A DNA stretch of 63,682 nucleotides. It comes from Octopus bimaculoides. Taxonomy: Eukaryota. Each line of letters starts with the position of its first letter. Position 1 is the first letter of the stretch. A model generated the notes under the pieces. That model was not told the DNA's origin and did no database searches. It was given only the letters and a program-made list of their open reading frames with translations. Both the position numbers and the translations under genes were made by a program. The stretch spans positions 91,508,543 to 91,572,224 of the forward strand of contig NC_068988.1 in assembly GCF_001194135.2 (NCBI RefSeq), in the 5' to 3' direction. This document shows positions 41,101 to 54,216 of the stretch, piece by piece.

Positions 41101-44100
41101 TATTTTTGCCTCTGTGGGATAAATAAATTGTTGTTGTTATTATTAACAGATCCTAGTGTTTAAAAAAATACCACTCAACTGGCAATTTTTTTATCACCTC
41201 AGGAGGAATTAAGGCAAAATAGAAAATCCCACTAAGGTCAACTTTACCTTTTATCCCTTGTGGGTCAATAAAATAAAGTATTAGTTAAGTAGTGAGGTTG
41301 ATTTAATCAACTAACCACTTCCCCTAGAACAGAATATGATGCAAACCCATGTCGTCCCACATTTACCTTCACCACCGCTCTGATCATCCACATCATATAA
41401 TTCAGTCAAATCTGAAATCCTAATTTTTGAGGATAAAACTGATTTGTACTGATATAGAGGATTATATCTGGCAGAATTTTTCCCTTTTAGGGGCGAATTT
41501 TTCATTTCAAATTTTTCAATTTTGATTTTGCACATCAAAATTTTACAAAAATGTCTATGAAGAGGAGTGTAAGCTCTTCTCTTCTTTACACACCACACCC
41601 TCTGTAGTCGAACAACTGCATAAAAGAAATGTCAAACGTTAACTGTCTCCACCCACTCAGTGCCTTAAAGGGCAAAGAAGAGAAGGAGAAGAAGCGTTCT
41701 GGCACATGCAGCACTAAAGAGGAAAACGAAGGCTGTTCATTGGACCGCCTTTCCAATAAACATTTCCTTGCTCTCACCACCACTATTGCTCCTACACTGG
41801 AGAGGGAGGAAGAGAGAAGTGGCAACGTGTGTACCAGTGTGACCACCAGCAACACCACCAAGGCCAACACAAGCAGCTACGACGACAACAACAACAACAA
41901 TAAGGCCAAGTGCAATGGTTTCACATCCACGGCAAAACAAACATCAGAGGAAATCAAGGTAACGATTGAAGATATAAAAAATGCAAAGGAGTTGTTAAGG
42001 AAGGACGGAAACAATGTCTTCTTTAACACTCCACAAGAATTAATACATGTAACTAACAAAAGAACAATCACCTACAAGATATTCAATATAAAACAAAAAA
42101 ATAGAATGGACAACTCAACAGCAGTTGGAGATCGCTTTAAAACCAATCATCATCATCATCATCGTTTAACATCCGCTTTCCATGCTAGCATGGGTTGGAC
42201 GATTTGACTGAGGACTGGTGCAACCNNNNNNNNNNTTACCTTCCACAAGTCCTTTAACTTTCAAACTTTGACATACATCTATGAACCTTTAAAGCTTTCA
42301 TATCTGTGAACCTCAAAAATTTTTATTACCCATCAACCTATTACGGAAAATTAAAACTTGTACTCCTACCTTAATCGTATTTTAAATAGTTATTTTATTT
42401 TAATTTCTCTCATCTTCATTCCTATCCTACCATTGGCGTTACCCTGCTGTCTCATTAAAATCCAACCATGTTGCCTGAGATACACTAACACAGGAGGGTA
42501 TCATTTGAAGGAGATTTGGCTGCTATTGGTTGCAAGTCAGGTGACTGCATAAATGTTTTGTTGGAGTATCAATTGCTGAAAGAGCAACAGATGAGAGAAA
42601 AGAGTCCCCAATGTCACCCACAGAATACTGCAATCTGAGTCTATGTATCTATGTACCAACGTTTCTTTTCATCTATGTATCAACTGTCTCTCTCACTTTC
42701 TCTCTTTCTCTCTCTCTTCCTCTGTGTCCCTCCTCTCTCCTGCTTTTAATTTAACACTGTTCTATCTTAATACTGAAGAAAAGTGTGACGGACAGACAGA
42801 TGGATGCAGCTCTTATAGTATAGATTATTATTATTAATAATGAGAATTGACAAGAGCCATCATCAACAACAAGTACTAAATCTCCTTTAAAAGGAAAATC
42901 AGAGAGGTGTCAGTTAATTTTAGCAGACATTGCTTTAGAAAACAATAAACCAGTTAGTAACTTATAAGAGGCATATCAGAGTGGGACTGCAAATGACATG
43001 CTAGTAGTGAGAATGGCACTCGACCATTTCTTTGCCATGAAACACAAAGGCTGTAGTATCCAAGCTAGAGTCCATGCTTTGAAACACAAAGGCTCAAAAG
43101 CCATTGGCTGGGCCTGGGTAGCAGAAGCATAGCATGGAAACAAATCTAGAATTCAGTGTGTGACAGACTGCAACAGCCATGTGCTCTCCGATTCCAAACA
43201 GACGAGCACAGTGTTTCGGCAACACTTTGCTAATCTCCTTTTGAGGAGTGGCATTCTTGAATCAGTAGGCTTTGATGCGTACCTTTATGGTATGCCATGC
43301 CTAACAGACAAGGAGATTGAGTGTTGCAAGAAACTGATTTCAGTGGAAGAAGTGGCAGATGTACTGAGCTGCTGTGTGAGACACAAATCATCAGGATTAG
43401 ATGGCCTGCCCTATGAACTATACTTCCACATGTCTGACTTGTTGCTCCAGTTTTGGCAGCAGTCTACGGAAGCATTCCCAGTTGTGTGAGCTGGGGAGTC
43501 GTGACTGCTGAGGAAGGATCCAAACAAGGAGGGTGTGACTGAAAACTTTACTCAACACTGAGTTAAAGATTTTAGCTAAGATGCTCTTTAAGAGTCCGGC
43601 ACTTGTTGTTGGTAGTATAGTCAGGGATGCACAAACCTGTGCAATCCCCAGTAGATCTATTCGCAACAACCTCTACCTCATGCAATACATTGTGGAATGG
43701 GTTGGGAATAGATCTGGATTTGGAGGGGCACTGGTCACTTTGGACCAGTCCAAAACTTTTGACAGGGCGGACTATCACTATCTGGTGTCTGTCCTAAAAG
43801 CTGTCAGTTTCGGTCCCGTCTTCAAAGGCTGGATCATCACAGTGTATAGTGGCATCTGCTTGATTGTCAAATTAAATGGCCACCTCTTGAATCCTTTCAC
43901 ACAATTAACCAAGGATTCCCTCTCTCCTTGCTTTATATATTTTAGTTTTAGAACCCTTGCTGTGAAGGCTGGAAAATTTGAGGAGTATCCCGCTGGAACT
44001 AGGCCACAGGACAGCTGTGTCTGCATATGCAGACAACATCACTGTCATGGTATTCAACTCTTTGGATGTAGAAACGATCGATACTATACTGAAAGAATAT

Positions 44101-46222
44101 CAGGCATGCCCAGGAACACTCATAAACCAGAACAAATGGGTAGGCCTGCAACTAGGCTCTTAGAGAGACAAGTCCGTGTGGATTAGCGGCAATATCTGTT
44201 ACTTGACTGAGAGTCCAGTGAAAGTGTTTAGAGTCTGGTTCAGACCAGATCTCCAGGCAGATAAGAAATGGGAAGAGGTCATGGTTAGGGTGGCCAAACT
44301 CACCCAGAAATGGGCAGATAGCAAGCTGTCTCTGAAATGTCAGGCAGAAATAGCAAATGCATATATCATCTTGGTAGTGTACTACTGCCTAGCTGTTGTA
44401 CCTTGTCCTAAGAAAACTCTTCCCAAATTGGAGCACTTACTTTTCTGATTCTTATGAAAGGGTCAGGTTCTGATGGTCAGAAAATCTATTTGCTGTCAAC
44501 ACCCACACTGTCGTGGTCTTTAGACGCCATCTTTTATGATGTGGCATCATGCTTTGAGGCTGTCATACCTCCAGAAATATCTAAATCATTCCAATGGAGT
44601 AAACAGCAGCAATGAATATAATGGTGAACTGGTGCGGGCGTCCTTAGTGTGACACGTCCTTCCACAGCTTATCTTATTGACAGAGCTGCTGTGATAGGTC
44701 AAATGTAGACCAAGATTGGATGTTTGGCATCTAGAATGTTGCTAGGCACTCACTGCACTGTACCAGCTGGTCGAAACTGTTAGCAAGAAAACAACCCAAG
44801 ATTTTTATAGGAAGTTAGTTTAAAGTATGAGCAATGATGGCCTAGGATTTGCTCTAGGTATTGACAAGAATAGTTTGAGTAGTTTCTTCTGAACAACCTT
44901 CAGGCCGAAAATCATGGACAATTTCCAAAAGTCTTTGGCATAGCAGTGCTACAGGGAGACATTGCCTGTTTGAGGCAAGCTCTTCGGGCTTGGAAGTGCC
45001 AACAGCTGAACCTGCTTGAGATGCATACCGGGGAACAAGACTATCCTGCATGCAATAATTCAATGTTCATGAATTAGAGAGTTGTGAGCTTGTGTGGAGC
45101 AGCTGCCGTTGCATGTAGGACAAATTCAGCTATCTTCCAAGTGTGTTGTGAAGATTGATGCACTACCTTCCCTTAGCAGAGAAGGAAGGCAGATCTTTCT
45201 CTGCTTAGTGGCTGTGGCAAAAGAGGTTGAGTGATGGAACTGTTTGAAAGGCTTGAAGACAGGCACTTTCTTTATCTGGCCAAGCACTCATCAATTCTTT
45301 TGAATTATCATTTGAAGAAGGAGGTGCTTCCTTCTAATGTGTTTATCAAAAGGTGGTCAACAGTGGCAAGAATGATGAGACCAAATGGACCAACTCTGAG
45401 TATGTTTTTCTAAGCAGACGGAAAGAAACTGAAAGAGGGCACTTTCCCATGCCTTAGGGATGGCAGAGTAATCCAGGATTTTTGCATGGGGTTTACCCCA
45501 AATTACCCTAAGTGGACTGTCCCACTATTGGGGATTCTAATTATATATTTGTTTATTATTTTTTTCTCTAATTTCTATTATATATCTCTCTTATATCAAT
45601 TAATGTGGTATCTCCTTTGATTGATGTAAATCCCACCTGTTTTCATATTTTCTGTTTTTATGTGCTGTAACTTGTCTTTCAATATTGTCCTCCATGTCTT
45701 GGGCCCTTGTTGCCAATAAGATAAATCATTATTATTGATTGAGAGCAGTACATACCATCAAAGTGACATTAGGGTACAAATATATCTATCATGACTACCT
45801 GCCTGATAAGGGTACACCAGGCACATACATCACAATCATATGTGCATGACATGATGGTCTTATATTGAGATAAACAGCACATGATCTTACAGGTTAGAAT
45901 TTTCTTAAGGTCCAGTAGCCCATTCCACTCAAAAGGTCCTTGAATGAGGGTTATTTAGGGCTGATAAACAAAACACTCATGTTTCCAGAGGTGAATTATT
46001 GAAACCCCAAAGAATTCCTCTCATCACACGGCTATGAGGCTCTCCCACTATTCCTGCTCATGATCAAAGATGTATATATTGTCAGCCACTAAGAGATAAG
46101 CTCAACTGGTTATAGTCAAGCAACTGACAGGCAAATCTGTGGTATTGAGCAGAATATTTACTGCAGCCCATGACAAAGCATGTACATGTGAGAGCCATTG
46201 CCTGCTACTGCACCAGAGCTGC

Positions 46223-46255
<33 letters not shown>

Positions 46256-49200
46256 CATTATTATTATTATTATTATTATTATTGATCATGAAGAAAATGA
46301 TTTCCTCTTCTAAATGTAACCTTCTGATAATTTGATGATTGATTATTTCATCTTTTAGAGAACTGTTATTGATTATTTGGCCCAAAATACTTTTGTGCTA
46401 CACTTTCATATACATACATGTATATATGTATGTGTGTGTGTATATGTTTGTGTGTCTGTTTGTCCCCCCAGCATTGCTTGACAATTGATGCTGGTGTGTT
46501 TACGTCCCCGTAACTTAGCGGTTCGGCAAAAGAGACCGATAGAATAAGTACTAGGCTTACAAAGAATAAGCTCTGGGCTAGATTTGCTCGACTATAAAGG
46601 CAGTGCTCCAGCATGGCTGCAGTCAAATGACTGAAACAAGTAAAAGAGTAATACATACCTATTATTTCAGCAAAGATAATCAAGAGAACACTTGTTTTAT
46701 TTTAATAATTCTCGTTAATTTTCAGAAACAGTGAGATCAGTTGGATTGCTGCTAAAAAAAACAATCACCAAGAAAATCAGATACAGAAAACCTACAGTAC
46801 CAAGAAAGACAAATCCTATTTTGGTTCTTATCCCTGTATACCCAAATCATTGAAAAGCAGGAAGAAACCAGTGAAAAAAGACAGTAAAAAATTGAAGAAC
46901 TATAAGGTTTTAGTTAGTTGTTTATATATTTTATTTCTTCATTTGTTATTTTATCATAGTTTTAAGTTAAGGTTATTACAAAATTTATCTGACCAACAAT
47001 ATATATAAACCAATATTAAATAATACCTGCCAAGGTTTTTATCAAATATATACTCGTCAGAGGACATGCTTTTATTGACAAGCAGTTTCAAAAAATAAAG
47101 GGGAATACTAATAAATAAGTTAATTTTGTATATCATGATAATGAGAATATGAATTTAAGTACATTAACATAGTAATTATTTGATGATCTCCTTGATGAGT
47201 GATGTTTAATATTAGTAAATGTGTTTTTCTATTGTTTTCATATCATTGTTGTAAATTTGTCCTTGTTTTGTTTAAACATTCTTGAGTCCCGCCCTCCCCA
47301 TTTTTATATCAACACTAGTAGGAACAAGCTAATTAGAAGTCCCTATGTGGTTGCTCACTTTGCTAGAAATACTAGCCAAATCTCTTTCATATCACATCCT
47401 ACTATCTTAAAAATAGGAAGCACACATAAGATAATGTAATTCTAGATATACTATGCCTGAATAAAAAAACAGAATGAGCATGGCTGAAACTAATTTGATG
47501 ATAAATTTGTTGGATCAGAGTAGATTTGGAGATAAGCAACAACAGTAACAACAACTGGTGGCAAATACCTGATGTTGTCCAACTTCATTAAATAATTTGC
47601 ACAAATAACATCAGTATATAAAAAATATCTTAGTTTCTCTTCATATTTAACAATAAACTTCTTCAAGAATCTGATATTTTTCTTTCTATGAATGCAAAAA
47701 GATCTGTGTGAAAAGTGAAGTTGTATTGCTTGAGGAAAACTAGTTAAAAATGTAGGCAATATACATGTCATTCTAATTTTTTTAAATGAGACAAGGGAGA
47801 CACTATGTAGTCACTGGATTGGTAGAAATAGCAGCCAAATTACCCTTAAACCATATGCTATCTTAAAAAAAAGAGAGGACACATTGGGTAATGTAGTTCT
47901 GGATACATTGTATGAAAATAAGATGATATGACTTCGACTTAAAGTCCATTGGGTAAGGACTGACAAATAACAACTTGTTTTAATTAGAGAAATAACTTGT
48001 CAACTAGAAATCATAGAAATGAAATTATATTACAGTATTTAAGCCACACACAAGGTTGTACCACAATCTTTCCTAAGTCAAACAACTGACATGGTGTAAC
48101 TGTTCCAGAAGCCAGGAAATGATATGTGGGTTTACAGCTGTAGCTATGATATATTAACTATAAATAAACCATTTTTATAGTTTCTCAATATAATTCTAAT
48201 TATCTCAACATAAGTTTGATTTCAATGCAAATGTATATAACTATTATCTATGCAGATTTGGTATCAAATCTAAAAGTAGCTTAACTTGCTAATGGTCTAA
48301 TTTACAAATTTTAGTATTTTGGAAGAGCCTGTGTCACTCAACTCTTAGAGATACATTTGATCTAGGTGTTTGACATGTTAAAAGAAGACCTAGACACACA
48401 CACACACACACACACACACACGCCTTTTTTTCTGTTTTTAAATAATTAACATTGTAAGACAAGCAGATCCTTGTTTCCATCCAGTATGTTAGATGTATAC
48501 TAATTTATTAAGGTAAATACAAAAGTAGTTCCCTGGTATGTTATGTCCAAGATTAAATTATTCACTATCCTCAATCATTGTAAGATGGTATGGTGAAGTT
48601 TGTGGGAGAGTTTGCTTTATTTCTACTACATCAAGCAACTGCATAGAGTCTGTGATGTGTGTACTCATTGAAAGCAAGAGATACAGAAACGATCCAACAG
48701 TATTTCAGACAGCTTGACAGAAACTGAGGCGGCGAACTGGCAGAAACGTTAACACGCCGGGCGAAATGCTTAGCTGTATTTCGTCTGTCTTTATACGTTC
48801 TGAGTTCAAATTCCGCCGAGGTCGATTTTGCCTTTCATCCTTTCGGGGTCGATTAAATAAGTACCAGTTACGCACTGGGGTCGATGTGATCGGCTTACTC
48901 TCTTTGTCTGTCCTTGTTTGTCCCCTCTATGTGTAGCCCCTTGTGGGCAGTAAAGAAATAAGAAACTGAGAACTCGAGATACACACAGGGTTCAGTAGAT
49001 GTAACTGACAGTGACATAATCTGTGCCGGAGTATAATAGCTACTGTTAGGATGTAGTGAGAAAAGGTTCAGTAAACCATTTCTTCTCTCTCCCTTTGTAA
49101 AAAGTAGACTTTACAAAGTATGTAGAAGAAGTGTGGTGGTATGTGATAGTGGTATGGTCTGTTTGATATACAAGTGTTCATTTCCTCTCTTGCACAGTAC

Positions 49201-51422
49201 TGATGCAGTGCAAGAGTGGGTAGGAATTAAATGTATCACTTGAAGGCATAGGAAAAAAATGCTGTCAGGATTTAGAATAAACACGAGTGATAAGAGTGGC
49301 AATATTCTATACAGAAGATCCAGCCAACTTGGGAAAACAGACATTGAAGTGATGATAGTGGTGGTGACTGGTTGTACATGAGAAGGAGATTATTTCTTCC
49401 ATATAGTATAGAAAAGAATGATTATTTTTCAATTAAGCTTTTATATTATGATTATTATGAAAATATATTCATGACAGTTTGTTAAAAGTTAACATAAAAA
49501 CTCAATGCCTATATACTTTTATTGCTATACTTCATAAACACTTATATTTGCCTATGCATACAGTTTTTGCTAAATAAAAATCTGTAGATATATTCTGAGG
49601 AAAGAATTTTGACCCAGGAAGAACATCACAAATTGAACTTTCAAGAAAATTTCTCCAATTATTAAGAAAACTCTTCTGACAAAATTGAGCTTAATGTTTC
49701 TTTGTCTGATCACTTAGACTGAAGCAAAAACAACAATAACTTATATTCTTTTATCTTAAACAGGAAAAGGAATTGACATTTCATGATACTGAATTCACAT
49801 GTAATGGTTCTCTCAACTGTCTTACTGATGAAGAACATCAAGTGTTGACCAGAACAACTACAGAACTGAGCCACAGTGAGAGCATCAACAAATCTCTAGT
49901 GTCTTTTAATATATCAGAGAAATTGCTTCCAACAAACAGTGTTTTGGGAGTTCACCAATTTCAACCTAGTTGTAGCTCATCATTTACAGCTCCTTCAAAA
50001 GCAACTGACAATCTTCAGGGGACTGTTGATATATATCCACGCAGTGATTCTAGCAAATGTGCATCTCTTGTTTCTTGTGTCTCTCTTGCATCTCATTCAT
50101 CTCTCACATCAATCAACAGTAAGAAAAACCAATTTCTCGACTCCCCACTTGAGGAAAGAATTTTGACCCAAGAAGAACATCACAAACTGAACTTTCAAGA
50201 AAATTTCTCAAATTATCAAGAAAACTCTTCCGACAAAAGTGAGCCTAACGTTTCTTTGTCTGATCACTTAGACAATTTTTCAGGGTCTAATCTCTCTATT
50301 ACCAGTTTCCAAAAGAATTCCATGCACCAGCAAGCCCAGATGTCACCAAAACAGACTTCATTTTGGAAGCCATCTTTATGGGTAAATTTTGAAGTCTTTT
50401 TATGAAACCTCATCTGCATTATTTCTGTGCATTGTTGATATCACCTATGTAGTCTTGTTAGAAACACACATGCAAACATTGGAATTAAAACATTGTGTAA
50501 TCTTTTGGATTATTGGGACACCACCAAAGGGTTCATCTTAAGAGTGTATCACAAACAAGTTGAAATGGAGAATCACATCTCTTTTCTAGTTGTTGCTTTT
50601 ATACACACGAAAGTGTTATGATTGTCCTTTTATAGAGATTACAACAGAGTACCTTACCTAACAGCAAGATAGGAATCTCCTCTCTCTCATGGTGCTAATA
50701 TTTTACTTGCACCACATGTATGAATTAATATATTACATCTGTGTTTATATATTTAGAATTATTCATAAAATAAGTTCATGCATCATAAGGAGAGATGAAT
50801 TGTGATACTTCTGGCAGGACTGATAAAACCACACAGATAGGAGCTGATAATAATTCTAATGAATATTAAAAGCTCTAGTTTCTAATGCTATGCTTTGACT
50901 TTAAATTTGATTGTTAACAACTGAATTCCTTCAGAATAAAGCTGAATATTATCATGAATGTATTACTGTCTCATTTAGGACAATTTCACTCAAGACAAGA
51001 GTACAAAGATTAACAACTTTCAAGGTAAATTCTTTTAGTCGTTCTTTTAAAATATTCACTGTTGTGTATGTAGCATCATTACTGTAATGTACAGTAAGAT
51101 TCTCTAATAGGAGAGAGCCTTTTTATTTAGGTACTTACTTTTAAAACTATTAAGTGTCCTGTTTTCTATTAAAAACCAGGTGAGTAGAACTAAGTATACT
51201 GAGACCATTAACGTTACATATCAATCCCAGATATATGACATAATGACTGTTATATAGCCACATGGTTAAGATGATCATATGATTCAGGGTTCAATCCCGG
51301 TGTGCAGACTCTTGAGCGAGTATTTTTTGTCATAGCCTTAAATTTACAAACATTGAGTGAAAGTTGACTGACAGAAATTCTCAGATGTCTCTTTCTCTTC
51401 CTCCCTCCTTCTCCTCTCTGTT

Positions 51423-51460
<38 letters not shown>

Positions 51461-51895
51461 TAAATATTATATATATATATATATATATATTATATATTAT
51501 ATATATATATATTATATATTATATTTATCTTATGATATTTACTTTGCTTTATATTATACTCATTTATTGTGCTTTTAATTGTTAATTTTTCTATATGTGA
51601 TAGTTGATTTTCATCGATGAGTTCTTGAAACTTGGTTATTTTCCCTAAAACTATATATTTTATATATATTTTATCTATAAAGCTCAATTTAATTTTAATT
51701 TTTTATAAATNNNNNNNNNNNNNNNNNNNNNNNNNNNNNNNNNNNNNNNNNNNNNNNNNNNNNNNNNNNNNNNNNNNNNNNNNNNNNNNNNNNNNNNNNN
51801 NNNNNNNNNNNNNNNNNNNNNNNNNNNNNNNNNNNNNNNNNNNNNNNNNNNNNNNNNNNNNNNNNNNNNNNNNNNNNNNNNNNNNNNNNNATTAT

Positions 51896-51936
<41 letters not shown>

Positions 51937-53590
51937 TTATACATTTATATTTATCATGTTCATATAGGCTCCAAAATGGAAAGTTGTTCACAACAATAAT
52001 TGTCTCAAAAAAGATATTCTCCTTATAGGATGACATGCAAAACACATTGAGTTGAGCTCTGAATGATGTCAGCATTTGAGGGTACATAAGCATGTTAAAT
52101 ATAAATGTACACAGCTTTATTCTAATCATAGCTGTTTAGTCTCTTATAATGAATTTATTCTAGCTTGACAGAGCTTTTATACATACCAGCAAATGTATTT
52201 TTTGCTGTTTACATGAAGGAACATCACTTTTTACTGGGCTATGAATGACTGAAACAGTATCTGTAACAGATAAAACTCAACCATGCAGAAACATTATAGT
52301 CTGATGACACTTTTCAGAACCTAGCTTAATGTTTTCACACACACATTGTCTATAAAGAAAATAATCTTCTAGAGACAGTGGAAGAGAGAGTACCCAGGAA
52401 GTCATGGGACAAAGTACTGAAGGATGACCTCAGGACACTGAACATTGCAGAGGAGATGACAAAGGACCAAGATATCTGACACCTTGCTGCACTCAAGAAG
52501 ATCTGTCCTCTACAGCAGAAGTGTTAATGCCCCTACCGCAGATGAAGAGGATTGACCTGCAAAAGCCCTGTGCTGGTACCATGTAAAAGGTACTCATACG
52601 AACGCCATGTGAAAGCACTCGGCACACACTGTTAAGTGGTTGGTATTAGGAAGGACATCCAGCCCTAGAAACCAGGCCAAATCAGACTGAAACCTGATGC
52701 AGCTCACCTGCTTGCTAGCTCTGGTCAAATTGTCCAACCCATGCCAGCATGGAAAACAGATGTTAAAGGAGGAGGATGATGATGATGACAACAACAATGT
52801 GAATATACTTGAACTGGTTAAATATATATGTACAGAACTATTTTAATTATTATTGCTTAGTGTGTTTATAAATAATTCAGCTTGACAAATTGCACATGCA
52901 AGCAAATGTATTTTTTATTATTTATATAAAAGAACAACTGTTCTTACTGGTCTTTGAATGACTGGTGTCTATAACTAATGGAGTGTAACCACACAGAAAG
53001 GCATGTCTTACAGTCCAGTAACAGCATTTAGAACCTGAGTCAATGTGTTTGTATATTTTGTCATTTCCTGAGGTACTTTTGGATTCTGCTTTCTTCATGA
53101 ACAATTCAACTTCCTTGATTGTAAGATCTGAAAGGTCAAACCAAATCTCAGGGTCAGGAGGAAACAAATCATCACTAATTAAAGTCTGAATAAACACTGC
53201 ATATATGACTAAGCACCCACTACACTCTCTGAGTGGTTGGCGTTAGGAAGGGCATCCAGCTGTAGAAACTCTGCTAAATCAGATTGGAGCCTGGTGTAGT
53301 CATCTGGTTCACCAGTCCTCAGTCAAATCGTCCTACCCATGCTAGCATGGAAAGCGGACGTTAAACGATGATGATGATGTATGTATGTGTCTATGTATAT
53401 ATATCATCATCATCATCATCATCATCATCTTCATCATCATCGTTTAACGTCCGCTTTCCATGCTGGCATGGGTTGGACGATTTGACTGAGGACTGGTGAA
53501 ACCGGATGGCAACACCAGGCTCCAGTCTAATTTGGCAGAGTTTCTACAGCTGGATGCCCTTCCTAACGCCAACCACTCAGAGAATATATA

Positions 53591-53645
<55 letters not shown>

Positions 53646-54162
53646 GTGCTAATATTGAACAGAGACAATGAGTATTCAACACTGCATTGCTGGATAAAAA
53701 TTTCAACAGAAATATGGTATCAAAAAGATTAAAATTAATATTCATTCACAAAGCAGTAGATCGATGATTGAGGGTATTAATAGTTTAATGGACTAAACTA
53801 TCAAAAACAAGTTATTTCCTGCTAAAATGGGTTGGATAGGTCTAACAACTTGACTGACTACTTTGTTGTGATAAGTCATTATCCTGCAGATTCAATAGAA
53901 AATACCTGCTATATATGAGGTGAATAATGTCATACATTAATGTTACTGATCTTTCTGGTTTTCCCCCCTTTACTTCCAGTTTTCCATGACAGCATGGGTT
54001 AGATGAATATGTATTATTGAGGCATTGTTGCTTACTCTTAAGAGATCCTTTATTTCATGTCTTTGAAGGTACAAAGCCAGTGTGATTTCTTGACAAGAGA
54101 AATGACAACTGTATCACAATATTTGGAGATTATGTAAACAAGCATGCAGGCAGATGTGTGCA

Positions 54163-54216
<54 letters not shown>

